Source of the DNA: the human T2T-CHM13v2.0 reference genome, Homo sapiens
Direction: 5' to 3' (one strand)
DNA length: 64,000 nucleotides
Assembly: GCF_009914755.1 (NCBI RefSeq)
Contig: NC_060934.1
The notes beneath the pieces were generated by a model, which ran no database searches, had not been told where the DNA came from, and was given only the letters and a program-made list of their open reading frames with translations. This document shows positions 38,920-56,620 of this stretch, piece after piece. Each line of letters opens with the position of its first letter. Position 1 is the stretch's first letter. A program made the position numbers and the translations under genes.

Positions 38920-41870
38920 GCTTTTTCACGTCAGATTAGACAATTTCCCCCACACAAAAAAAATTATACTGGAATTTTGGCTGGGATAGCATTGCGTATA
39001 TAGATCCATTTGAAGAAAATTTACATATTTAAATAGCCTTCTAATTCATGAGCCTGATGTATTCTTCCACTTATTGGTCTGCTATAGTACCTCTTGATGT
39101 TTTATAGTTTTCTGCATATAGGTCTTATACATATTTGGTAGATTTATTATTTTTTATTGTATTTTTTCATTCTATTTTCTATTATTTTTGCTGGTAATTA
39201 GAAATATAATCGATTTCTATACGTTGAGCTTATATTCAATGACTATGTTAAATGATCAGTTTATCTGAAGATCCCTTTGGATTTTCTATGTATACAATCA
39301 TGTCTTTTGTAAATAATCACAGTTTTATTTCTTTCCATAACTTACAGAACTGGCTAGAACCTCCTATATAATGTTGAATAGAAATAATGATGGTGGTCTT
39401 CATTGTCCACCAGTCTCAGGTGGAAATCTTTTAATTGTTTACCATGAAACACATATTTACACCAACTTTTTAGAGGTTCCCTTACCCCTTACCAGATTAA
39501 GTCCCTTCTGTTCTCAATGTGCTAGGAGTTTTTGTCATAAGATGGTGGTTGATTTTCTTCAGTCACTCTTTCTGTATTTCTTGAGTTAATCATCTGATTT
39601 TTTCTCCTTTTTTTCATCCCTATGATGAATTAAATTAATTTTCACATATTGAATCAACCTTGCATTTCTGAAACAATTCCAACTTGGTCTTGACTCGGCA
39701 GCTAATAATGTTAAGACTTATGCATTATATTTGTGAGAGAGTATTTATACTCTCTTATAATGTCCTCATCATGTTTTGCATCAAAGTTATCCCAACCTCA
39801 TAAAATGAATTTCTATTTTTTAATTTTTACAAGGTTTTGTGTAAGATTTGTTTTATTTCTACTTTAAATGGTTGAAAAATTTCACCAGTGAAGCCTTCTG
39901 AGTGTAGTGTTCTCTCGCAGGAAGGTTTCTAATTACACAAATTCTTTGGCAGATATAGGACTATTCAGGTTTTTTAACTCTTGTTGGTCAAATTTGAGAA
40001 TTTTTGTTTTTCAAGGCATTTGTACATTTCATGTAAATCACCAAATGTATTACAATAATGTTTGTAATAGTTTCTTTTGTCTTCCTAAAGTCTGTAGGAT
40101 TTGAAGTTATAAGCCCCCTATTGTTTCTGATGTTAGTGATTTTTGCCTTCTCACTGTTATTGATACTTGGCTTTTTTAGAGGATTGGTGTTCCAAAATTT
40201 ACTTTTGGCCATTTAAATATTATATTTACATTTGTTCTGTATTGTGTTATTTCTGCCTTTTATTATTTCCTTCCTTTTACATCTTTGGATTTAATTTATT
40301 CTTTTTTTCTGAATACTTAGAGACCTGATTTTCAGCCTCTCTTCCTTCCTAGTATATGTTTTTAAGACTATAATTTTCCCTCTAAGCAGCAGCAGCTGAA
40401 TCCCATAAGTTTTGATATCACAGTTTCATACTATTTGGTTCAAAATAGTCTTTATTTCATTGTAATTTTTTGTTTGATCTACATGTTTTTACAACAAATA
40501 CATTGGTTAATTTCCATATTTGTGGATTTTCCACTTGTTTGTGGGTATTAATTTTAGCTTGGTCCTACTCTGGATGGGAAATACACTCTGCATGATCCCA
40601 ATCTTTGAAATTCATTAAAACTTGCTTTATGGCCCAGGAACGTCATAAATTTTGGTAAATATTCTGCTTTTGAAAAAATGTAATCATTGAATGTGGTCTT
40701 ATATAGGTCAAGTGTATTAATCATGTTGTCCATATCTTTATGTTCTTATCGTATGTTTGTTTTGTTTTGGTGTACTTATTCTATTACAGAGAAAGTTGTG
40801 TTAAAATCTTCATCTGCAATTGTTGATTTCTCTCTTATTTTATTTCTGCCAACTTTTGCTCCATGTATTTTGTGGCCATTTTATTAAATACATACACTTA
40901 GTTTTTATCCTCCTATTCACCGAACATTGTATAATTATGAAAAGTCCCTATTTTATCTCTAGCTATGCCTCCTGATTTCTACTTTTTCTGAGATTAATAT
41001 AGCTATACCAACTTTGTTTTGATTCATTTTGCAATGTGTATTCTCCCATCATTTTACTTTCACTCTTTCCGTTTCCTTGTATTTAAAGTATGTATGTCCC
41101 TTTAAACAGCCTATAGTTTTTTTATACTAGCTGATATTTTTTAAAATAGGAGCATTTTGTTTATTTACATTTAGTGCAGTTATTGATATGTTTACTTTTA
41201 AGTCTGTTATCTTATTTGTCTTCTATTTGTCTTTCCTATCTTCCTTTCCTTTCTTGGCTTCTTTTAAAGTGGTGGTTACTACAGTTTTCACTGTCCTTTC
41301 AGTAGGTTACTGTAAGGCATTACTACATGTATCTTTGACATATTAATTTCCAATGTAAATTATTTCTGTCACTACCTGAGTAATGTAAGGATCTTAGAAT
41401 ACTTTAACACCATTTTATATTTCTGTATTTTTTGTTTTTGTTGTTGTATATTTTAATCACACATAGTAAGCCGCACAAGACATCGGTAGTATTACTGTGT
41501 ACAGTCAATATTCATTTAGATTGGTCCATGTGTTTCTCTTTTCTCTTTTTCTTTATTTTTTCCAGCTTCTCAATGCTTCCTTCAGGGATCATTTTATTTC
41601 AGCCTAAGGAAGATATACAGCATTTTTAAAAGAAGGTCTACTAGTGATTAAATCTCTATTCTTGTCTGAGAGCATTTTATTTTTCTTCCTTCTTTTTTGA
41701 ATCATTACGAGATATAGAAATCTGGGTTGGCATTTTTTGTTTTTTTGTTTTTTTTTTTCCTTTTCCCTAGAAACTTGAAAATATCATCTGATTGCCTTAA
41801 AGCTTTATTATTTCTGTTGAGAATTCGGCTACTATCTTTCTTACTTTTGTTCCTTTCTCTTGGGAAGGTA
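38920..41870 (-). mobile_element. Old L1M(E) ORF2/ORF1 remnant
   Basis: T-rich degenerate L1 antisense sequence (ttcaccagtgaagcc, aattttccctctaagc, tctgttgagaa). Confidence 0.75.
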
Positions 41871-41874
41871 TTTT

Positions 41875-46340
<4,466 letters not shown>

Positions 46341-47789
46341 TGAAAACTGGCAAATACCTCAAAGGAAAAATTGCTTAAATGTTAGACTTATCTAGGAACT
46401 TTGTTTCCCTCTGGAATCTTGGCCCTTGAAGCCTTTGCTAATTTGGTAAGCTTTCTGATGTCTTCAAACAAGTATTTTAAAACATTTTCTGGAGTTTATA
46501 ATTGTCCTTGGCAGCAGTGCTGGTTTGTAATAGGCTTATCTATCATTACTGGAAGTGGAAACCACTTCCTGTTGCATTTTGTCTTTCTCATTTTAATATG
46601 CCAGCTATCTTTTCTATTTCCTTCTCTGGTTTATTACCTTTTATCATATTTGACTTTGTCTTTCTTATTTCAAATCTACTTTATTGCAGATGCTACCTCA
46701 GTGTTGATGTTATTATTTTTTATCCTTACCCTTTTAGTGAATTCATTTGCACAGATAAGTCTCAAATCCATTTCTGTAAGGCCTGTCCTGAGTGTGATTT
46801 CTACCTACCTTCCTCTCAAAAACAGTCGATTGATTAAAGGAGGGATATTGAAATAGTATGAGTTGGAGTCAACTCTTGATTTCACAACTTACTGTGTCTC
46901 TTTTTCAACTTGTTTAACCTCTTTATGTCAGTTTCTCCATCAAAAATATGGAAGTAATATAAATAGGATTATTGTGAGTGTTAAATAAGGTCATGTATAT
47001 AAAAATGCTTTTCATAAGGTAAGCACTTTGAAAATATTCACTTTTACTATTCTGAATACCCATTGTAAGTTAGGTACAGGGGTAGGTATTAGGAATTCAA
47101 AAATATGGTATCTATCTTTAGGATAATACTTCCTATTCTCTACTGGAGGTATTTTCTATTAACATGTCTCAATAATTCTTAAACTAAATATGTCAAAACT
47201 GAAGTCTATGCTTTCTTGACACAGAGTCAATCATTCCTCATATTTCCAGTGGCACCTTATATATTCAGCTCTCTAAGATAACAAACAGAATAATTTTACA
47301 CTTCCCCCAACCCTCTGTCGTGTCTGTCACTATCTCTAGCCAATTATTTTTCTCTAATGTTTTTGCTTCTCTTTTTTCTTTCTTCTGCTGACACTTTTAT
47401 TCTGGTAGTGGGCCTTTTTCACTCCATGCATAGGTAGCCTTAACTAGCTATTTTTAGTCTTCCAGGCTTTTGCCCATTCATCTGTTATATCTTACGCCAC
47501 AGCATGAGAATCATCTTGTAACACAATTCCATCACACACACCCCTGCTTAGCTTTATAATATTTCTCTCTAATACTAGTTATACCAGATCCCAACTCCTT
47601 AGACTGATGTGCAAAGTACTCTAAATTCCTACCCACTTACTCTCTCCACTCCCATCTCACCAAGGTTAGTTCTCATTAATGAAATGAAAGGTCTGAAGAT
47701 CAGAATGCAAAGCTGATCTGACATAGCACTCAAATCTTAGTCTCTAGTCCCTGTTCTTCAATAAAAGTAACTCAGTCTTCCTGGAGAAG

Positions 47790-48810
47790 TGCTTGATTCT
47801 AGGGCTAGGGGAAAAAATACAAGGTAAATCTGGAATATCTTGTGGTACTGAAGGCAAGTAAATGCTTTAAAAAAGGCAGCTTGTCAAAAGGACACAGGAT
47901 CCAACCTGAAGAAACCCCCCATGGCCAAACCTAGACTAATTTGAGCAACAAAATATATAATAATGGTATTGAATTTAAGCCATGTAATCAAATTAATTTT
48001 CCTTGAAAAGTACTTACACACATAAATAATTAAATAAATTAATAGAGCAGAAGAGACAGCTCTTCCTCACAGAATTCCAATTAATAAAGGTAGAAAAAGA
48101 GATAGAAATAGAAAATCACCATTAGCAAACACTGTAGTAATAAATATTGCAGACAAGATCCACCAAAGGATGCTAAAATTTGGAGGCAATTATTTGAAGA
48201 CAAACAGGATTTATATAGTCTCAAAGTATCTTCCTCCAAATACCTATCAACTACAAAGGAAAAGATAGTAATTTCAGTGGAGAAACATGGCAGACACTAG
48301 TAATAATATATCAACATCATGAACCCTGAGATATGATGCACTGAGAAGGATACAAATGTCATTTTGAGATATTCTTGCCAAAAATTAATGACCTCATTCC
48401 AATCACAGGAAAATATTGAACACATGCAAATTGAGAGACATTCTACAAAACAGCTGATCAATATTCTTCAAAAGAGTCAAAGTCATGAAAGACAAGGAAA
48501 GACTATGATGGACTAGAGGAGACTAAGGAGAAACAGCAGCTAAATGCACTGTTGAATTCTGGATAAAGTTCTGCAACAGAGAAAGAGTATCGATGGAAAA
48601 ATTGGAATTTTGAATATGATTTTAAGTTTAGTTAGTAATACTGTGCCAATGTGAATTTCTCATTCTTGATAACTACAAAATGGTTTTGCAAGATATTAAG
48701 ACTAGGGGAAGGAAATGAGGAGTGAAAGGTAACTCCTTTTTTTTTTTTTACTATTTTTGCAATTTGTCAATAAGTCTAAAATTAGTTCAAATAAACTGTT
48801 TTAAAAAATA
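47790..48810 (+). mobile_element. L1MC (MC3-like) 3' region
   Basis: cttgtcaaaaggacacagg...ttcttcaaaagagtcaaagtcatgaaagacaagg...tactatttttgcaa...taagtctaaaatt. Confidence 0.8.
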
Positions 48811-48929
48811 GAAATCTGATCTGCCTCCAAAATGTCACATGATCCTTTACCTTTATTTCTATGCTCCATTCTCTGAGAATGTGTTCATCTTTCCAGAGCC
48901 AACATACATTTTCATGCAGTTTCTTTGAA

Positions 48930-49175
48930 CACAGTATACATAATAGCAAGCACATCAGCTTTAGGTGTCAGACTGACCTGAGGTCAGATCCTGACCCAGT
49001 CTGTCATTAGCTCAGTAATGTTACATATATTGTGCAGGCTTTCTACTTCTTGATTTTCCCATTTTAAAAACAGGGGCAAAATAATACTTTGTTAAAGGAT
49101 TGTTATAAAGATTAAAAGAGATCCTGCTTAAACAGTGGTAAGTACAGGGACTTGGACATAGTAGGTGCTCAACAG
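48930..49175 (+). mobile_element. MIR
   Basis: gtcagactgacctgagg...ggattgttataaagattaaa...catagtaggtgctcaac. Confidence 0.75.
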
Positions 49176-50067
49176 AAGTTATGATTTTTAGTGCAAATGC
49201 TATTTTCTTTAGAACTTGTTGTTGATTAATATGTAAAACCTCTTTTACTGTTTGTTCCTTTGGTATAGACCAATTCAATTCATAACATTTAAATTTGTAT
49301 TTGATATTTAATAAGCTGCTCTTAAGTTTAGATAATTTCCTCAATTAAATTATAAAATCGTTTGATGCAGTCTTCTACTTCTTTTATCGTGCCGCAACTG
49401 ACTGATTCAGTATTCTGCACACAAGGCATGATGAATGTTCATGGACTGACTGATTATAAAGTTGGCAACACTGTATCTTTTCAGCTTTCTAATGAGTTGA
49501 AGCTTTCATATACTGATAATATTTAATATACTGAAAATGCTGCAACTTTGCATGTTGGCAAAAATATTCAAATATTGCGTTAATTTCTACATTTTGAATT
49601 AAATTTGCCATGGTGCTACAGTCATATTATGGGGTGATGTCTACAAAGCACACCATCATCTGACAGTTTGGAACATGGGTGAGACAACAGTACTTCATCA
49701 AAATTCATTACAACATCTTCAGTCTAAACAACTTTCATTCTACTCTGTTCACTTATGAATGGTTCACTGTAACAAGTCAAAAAATGCATATGTGGTTTTT
49801 AAAATCAGATACTGATGAATAAAACCTCTATCCAAGAAAGTTGTGAATTTCATTCTTTGGTTTGTGGCAGAAAGCTCTTCTAGCTAGAGATTAAATTTGT
49901 GTGGTTGAATTTAACAATGATTACCCTTAGAACTTTAGGGAAATCAGACAATTGCTATGGTGGCTTTAAAGAATCCAGAGTGCTTTGGCCAAGAGAGTGG
50001 GTTTGGGCTTTAGGGTTACATGGATTTCCATTCTCATTCTATGATTTATTAGGCTAGATATATAAAA

Positions 50068-50069
<2 letters not shown>

Positions 50070-50121
<52 letters not shown>
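50070..50121. repeat. Perfect (AT)26 microsatellite inside a MIR
   Basis: Direct read, 52 bp uninterrupted. Confidence 0.98.
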
Positions 50122-50124
<3 letters not shown>

Positions 50125-50699
50125 TTTTACTCATCTTTGCCTCAGTTTCCTTATCTCCAAAAGGAGAATAATAGTAGCATCTACCTAATCAGTTTTTTGT
50201 GAGCATTAAATAAACAACTTCTTATAAAGTATAAAGTATCATGTACTTCATAATTGCACAATAAATGCTAGGTTTTCAATCTATAGATAGGTCCGTTTCT
50301 TTCTTTCTTTCAGGTCCTAGAATCAGACAGTTGGAGCAGACACTGATTTTTAACAGTGGTCAGACCAGTTATTTTCACAGAGAAAGAAACTGAAACACAA
50401 AAACTTGCTCAAGATGGCAAAGCTATTTTTATTTATTGAAAATGGCTAATTGGGGTATGATAAAATCTTTACAGAAATACATTCATTGGAGTTAGTAGGC
50501 AGATAGCAGTCTTTATTAAAATACACACCCCCTTACTCCTAAATAGAAGTCCTTACTAAAATGAATTCAACCTCTATTCTTTCCTTTTTGGTTAGTTTCA
50601 TGACAATATGTCTGAATTGGAGAAGTGCTTAAAGAAAATCACTGGGTCTTCATTTTGTTATTATTGCTTAATAAACATTGACATGTCAGGCAAGGCAGA

Positions 50700-51180
50700 T
50701 TGCAAAAAGAAGAAATACTCCAAATGCCTATTGACAGAAGAATAGATGGTGTGGTATATTCATAAAATGGAAAACAATATAAGCATCAAAAAAAATGCAA
50801 TAACTACATGAAACAAAATTGATTCATCTTAGCAATGAATCAATGTAAAATTGTAAAAATTTTGTAAAATTTTTATGTAAAAATTATAAGTCCCAGAATA
50901 TTATATACAGCATTTTTAAGTTAAAATCAACTAAAATGAAAGTATAATTTTTAGACATGATAAAATGATATCAGTGAGAAGCAAGCTGATGATGGACACA
51001 TGATTTGAGACATGGTTATTTTTAGGAGGAAATAGAGATAGGATGAGGTAATACCAACAAAAAATATGTAAGTAATTTCAAAGGTTCTAGATTCTATGAT
51101 GGGGGTGGTTTTTTTGGTATCTAATATATTATCAAAACAAAGAGAAGGCCTCGTACAAATCAACAACAAGGGTATGTCAT
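50700..51180 (+). mobile_element. L1ME 3' fragment
   Basis: ccaaatgcctattgacagaagaatagat...gtggtatattcataaaatgga. Confidence 0.6.
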
Positions 51181-52629
51181 GAACAAAAATATTTTAAGCA
51201 CAATAGAATGTATGTGTGTATTCATAGATGTATGCATATATCTAAATTTATCAATCTATATAACCTGCATTATGCTTTGTATTTTTTCATATTGAAAAGT
51301 TAAGATGAACATGTCACATGTTGCTTTGTCCTCATGAGAGTCTTAAGAACTTCCTTTTTCACAGCAGAAAGGTCAGTGAGAACAGCTATGTTTAAGGCAA
51401 ATTACTTTTATTTCTGGCACAGAAGGAAGTGTAGTGAATGAGATCTTACACATACACACAGTGCCTCCCACTAATGTTCAGGGATTCAGCAGAAATCTGG
51501 GTTTTTGGTCCTTAGCTGCCTATTTTTCTATTATGACATAGTTTGTCAAACAGCATGTCCACCCTGAAGGAGGCCAGTGCAATCATATAATGCATATCCC
51601 TTTTACAGATACGCACATCAAGGTAAAGCATTTTGCCTGAGTTTATAAACATTTTTGTGAATACTTGAGGTGAAAGGGCTAGAGACGTTCATTAGATCTT
51701 GGAACAACCTTCTCCACTCTCCTATTTCTAAGTACCTCTTTATGTCTTCCTCTTACTTTTGTCTTCTTTCTTTGCTGCCACAATGATAAATGAATAGGTA
51801 GGACATGGTTTGAGTTGGTGAAGAATGTCTAGAAAGAAAAGATGACAACACCAATAACCAGCATCTATTGACTGCTTACTCTGTGCCTGGCATATATTAT
51901 CTCATTTAATCCTCAGGACAAGGATCAAAAAGCTAATACAAGTAAAATGACCTTATACAGGAATTTTATTCTGTGTCCTTCTTTGCCCTCCAGCATAACG
52001 TACACATGGCAAGTGACAAAGCTTAATAGTCATTAAGAAGCCATCTAACACATTGGAATGAAAAAGATTCCCTATATGTAGCAGTTGCAAAAGTCCATGG
52101 TGACAAAATCTTTGTGATAACTCAACTAGGTGTGAATATTTAATTTTTGGCAGGTCTTTGGGGCCTTTCAAGATCACATTTGGTTTACTACTATGCTTCT
52201 TAGATCTCTTCTAAGTTTAAATTAGAGAATTTGTCACCCATACATTTCACCAATCCATCCTCCCCAGTAGAGCAGGTTTGAAGGTTTATGACTTTTCTTC
52301 CCATGATGTAACACTTCCAAAGTTTCATTATATGTGACTGTGACTCAAATATTAGGAATGAAAGAGAAGCCATTATGGAACTTAATTAGAATTGCCTTCT
52401 GCAGCATGAAGGCATAATTTCCTTCATGTGTCTTATGATTATCCATGTTGAACATACAGTCAAACTATCACAGGTGGAGTTTATTAGAATGCTCGTGTCA
52501 TTATTCTAACCTTGTTCTGTATGACATAATATGGCTGGAATTTATGCCTTTTGTGCTGCGAAACCTTGCCTAGAAGCATACCAAGAAAGGTAAGAGGGAA
52601 ACTTCTAGGCCTTAGGGTTATTGCACATG

Positions 52630-52863
52630 TAAGCTTGTCCAATCTGCAGCCCACAGGTCACATGCAGCCCAGGATGGCTTTGAATGTGGCCCAACACAAA
52701 TTTGTAAACTTTCTTAAAACGTTATGAGATTTATGCACAGACATTTTTGTTTTTTAGCTCATCAGCTATTGCTGGTGTTAATGTATTTCATCTGCCACCC
52801 AAGACAGCTCTTCAGTTTTTCTTCCAGTGTGGCCTAGGGAAGCCAAAAAATTGGACACCTCTG
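52630..52863 (-). mobile_element. MER30
   Basis: aagcttgtccaa...caggatggctttgaatgtggcccaacacaaatt...gggaagccaaaaaattggacacc. Confidence 0.9.
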
Positions 52864-52987
52864 CTAGAGTGTGCAGAGCCACAGTGAAATGAGGGTGTGT
52901 GAAAGAGGATTGGAAATTCCAGAATGAATCACACTGCATCCTCCTACCCGCTAGTCCTGCTGCACAGTTTAATAAATAAATCCAATT

Positions 52988-53130
52988 AATGCACGTGGGG
53001 CTTAATAACTAGGTGATGGGTTGATACGTGCAGCAAACCACCATGGCACATGTTTACCTATGTAACAAACCCGCACATCCTGCCCACGTATCCCAGAACT
53101 TAAAATTAAATTAAACTAAATTATTTTTAA
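52988..53130 (+). mobile_element. Short L1PA (PA10-13-like) 3' tip
   Basis: ggcttaataactaggtgatgggttgatacgtgcagcaaaccaccatggcac...cccagaacttaaaat. Confidence 0.9.
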
Positions 53131-54119
53131 AAATATCTAAGACTTGAAGAGGTCAAAGGTCAAAACCCAGGAAGTCAAAGAGTACAGGAGAAATGGGTCT
53201 GATATTTTCAGCGGGAGGTAGTATAATGAGTCCAACTGATTAGCATATGTCTGCGTATGTCAATATCCCTGCACCTCAGTTTCCTCAGTAGAGATAACAA
53301 AAGAACCTTCTTACTAGGATTACTTTAAGAATTGCATGAAATTGTGTGTGTAAATTACTTAGCATGGTGTATGGCATATATCATGCAGTCAATACTTATC
53401 AAAAATAATTATTACTGTGAAAGAGAAGAATGATACATCCCTTAGAAGGCTTTTATGAGGCATAAATGAGATGATGTGTGTTACATGCCTGATATCATGC
53501 CTCACACAGAGTAAGGGCAGAGGATGGGTAGCTTTTATTCCTCAGCTTGTGTTATTAATATAACAGCAGTATTTTCAAAGAATGAGGCACAAGTCTCTGA
53601 TTATCATTTTTAAGGCTTTATAATTTGCAAAACCATCTAAAATGTACAGAGTGTTTTCCAATTTTTAACTCAATCGGTCTTCACAATAAGCTTGTTGCTT
53701 CCTATTCTGAAAAGTCAGGTTAATCTTTCTCCAGCTTTGCAGAAGAAGAAACGCTAACTCATAAAGTTTAAGTGACATGTACAAGTTAAGCAGTGGGAGA
53801 GGAAGGATTTGAACTCAGTTGTGTAGGATCCTGAAATCAACATTCTTTCCATATGACCTTTCTAAAGGGCTTACTATTGAGCTAACTAGGTCAAATTACA
53901 AATTTCTGCCTGGCCATTACCTTAAATAATTCATTCAAGCTGTCTTCATGGTTGTATTGATGCAACTGGCTTCATTAACTGGGTTTCTTAGAGCAGTGCC
54001 AGTGTTGAAAACCAACTACAAACCAGGAAGCCAAAAAAATGAATACCATGTAAATACTTTTTTTTTTCTTTTAAGATTGCAGTTTGTTTAAAGAAAAAGA
54101 ACTTTCTGGAGATGCAGCA

Positions 54120-54660
54120 GCAGCAAATCTATCAGCTCCTTGCAGTGTCATCAATCACAGAAGCACAGAAAAAAAGAAAAAGCCAGCTGGACCCAGTACC
54201 CATCCTTGTAAATTATTTTTCAGGAAATCCTGCAGGCTTGGTTTTTTACCAGGAAACAATTACAGTTTAATATAGAGGACCACAGAATTCACATGGAACT
54301 GATTTCTATTTCTTTTTGTTCTGGTTACACAAAGGAAATGTAATTTTTCAAAAACCAGCAGAGAAATACACAAGCGCTGGACTAATATAGTGGTGCTTGT
54401 CACTTACAACTGAGGGATTGTGTCATTTCTCATTGCCAGTCCTGACAGCACCTCAAATAAAGAGGCGTCTTAGCAAATTATGTTCTTGATATCGTTTACT
54501 GAAATGCAACGACTCCATTTTAAATATTAAAGTGACAATGCAAAGACCCAAAGCTGGCTATGAGGAAAGTTTACCCCAGCTTAACTGATGGCCCATTATA
54601 TTGCTCATGTCATTATCTTAATCTCATATATTTATCATGTGTCTTTAAATGTGCCACGTT
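54120..54660. promoter_or_regulatory. Candidate PBX-HOX/MEIS developmental enhancer
   Basis: Three TGATNNAT motifs on the minus strand plus TGACAG and several TGACA half-sites in repeat-free DNA. Confidence 0.45.
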
Positions 54661-55231
54661 AAAAAGCCAGAGGTAATTTTATATTTTATCTGAATCCAGG
54701 AAAAGAGATTGTTAAATTATCATCACAAGATATTAAATAACTTGAACCTGTACAGTGACCTTTGAATATGCAAATGGGGTACCTTTTTAACTCCCCACAA
54801 AAAAAATGTGGTTTGCTAATTGTTAAAATGATAAATGGGAAAAAAATGGAAGAAACCTGGAATTTAGTTTGAAGCAAACCTAATTGAAGGTTTATGTGAT
54901 AAGGATAAAGAAAATGTTTTATATTTATGTACAGGTTCAGAAAATTGATTGTCTAGAGCTGTTCAAATCTGTGACTTTGCAGCTGTAATCAAAACCAGCA
55001 GGACAGTTTCTGACTTATGTCCCTGGCAGAGAACTAGAAGAATACATAATACATACCCACAAGAGTTTAAGAGAATTTCAATAGTTTCTTAGGTAACAAT
55101 TTTCATTCTCTGCAATTTTCATTCTCTGCACTTGAGATGTTTGAAAAATGAAAGGCTGCAACCCCAAATCAAACAATAATTAAACATTCATCTTTACTTT
55201 AAAATGAGCTTTTTAACACCGAGGTACTTAC

Positions 55232-55550
55232 CAATCTAATGCCCCCCAAATGGGGGATGAACACAACTTCCTGAGATGATGACATCTGTGGGCAGGTTTT
55301 TCAGGAGGAATCTACCATTTTAACCTTGAGCTTCAGCTATTTGGATGCTTGATTGCCAGGGTTGCCTCAAGCAGAGAGAGGTCCCATGTAGGCTGGTCTT
55401 GGACAAACACCCATGGGGACTTAGACGTGGCATCTCCTTTGTTTTTACTCTTGGGGGATTTGGCATAGTCTCCAGGCCAACGGCGATTCTCTCATGTTAC
55501 AATTGTGGAACCCACTTCCTTCGCAGACTGGGAGTTATGTGCATGTAATT
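55232..55550 (-). ncRNA. Candidate first (or internal) exon of minus-strand transcript
   Basis: Donor TTG|gtaagt at 55232/55231; TATATAT at 55580-55574 about 30 nt upstream; ETS GGAAGT motifs; several CpGs. Confidence 0.35.
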
Positions 55551-56429
55551 CTACAGCAGACAGTTCTCTACAGATATATACTATGAATGATGGAGATGGC
55601 ACTACATTTCCTGACTTCCCATTTCTGCTCACCTGGACTATGTGAGGCTGAATGATCTCCCATTGCTTTTGCTGCAGTGTATCAGAGTGATTTAAAAAAA
55701 GACTCTGGAGCCACTTAGGGCTTGAACAAATTACTTACCTGTGCCTCAGTTTGCTCATCTCTACTGATGAGTAGTATCATTCTACTACCCCTTTCAAAGT
55801 GTTGTGTTGCGAGCACTCAAGTTAGTTATTGACATGCTGTACTAGAACTGCCTGGGTCATTAAAGATGCAACCCAAGAATCCTGGGTCTGTCTTAGAAAA
55901 AATGGAGATAGAGGCAGTCTAAGCTATCTTAAAAGAAGCAGTGAAATGCGCTGAAAATGATAACAATCAATAACATTCATTCAGTGCTAGTCAGCTCTAG
56001 GCATTCTTCTAAGTGTTTAATACTTCACAGTAATGCCAGGAGTTGGATGCTGTTTTTAGCCTTATTTTACAAATGCAGAGAGCAGGTCAGTGGTAGAGAT
56101 GAAACCCCAATTTGCTTGTCACCAAATCTTATTATGCTCTTAACAACTCTGCTAGAATGCTTCCCTAGGAGGTTACGATTGGGAAATCCGGTGACTTGGG
56201 ACCTAAACCTCCTTAGGCCATTAACTAGCTTTGTACCTTTGTGACCTTGGATAAATCATTTCATTTCTTTGTAACTCTATTTTTTAATTTGATAGAATTG
56301 TATGATCTCTATGGCTTTTTGCTAGTTCTAACAACCTATGTTTCTAAAAGGAGAGAACATATTTAGGAGGGAGGGTGAAGGAGAGGGAGGAGGAAAGGAA
56401 GAAGGGTGGGGGGAGAGACTTCTATGTAT

Positions 56430-56620
56430 AATTATAATTGAACATAATGAGATCTTTGTAGCTTATAAGGAACTCAAAACACTTTCACATATTTTAGTAC
56501 CTTCATTCTTGTACAATATGTCTATATATTATCACCATCACATTATAAATGAGGAAACTGCAGTATAGAAAGTTTGTAACTTGCCAAGGTCACATAGCTA
56601 AGTCATAGAATCTAGCAATT
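56430..56620 (-). mobile_element. MIR
   Basis: aaatgaggaaactgcag...taacttgccaaggtcacatagctaagt. Confidence 0.75.

Noticed and set aside
46401-46856. Longest ORF (151 aa, hydrophobic)
   Set aside because: Non-ATG start in T-rich degenerate sequence; the F/L/I bias follows from base composition and no domain is recognisable.
49360-49455. ATGATGA and CTGA words resembling C/D snoRNA boxes
   Set aside because: Box spacing is too short and no terminal stem or guide complementarity is evident.
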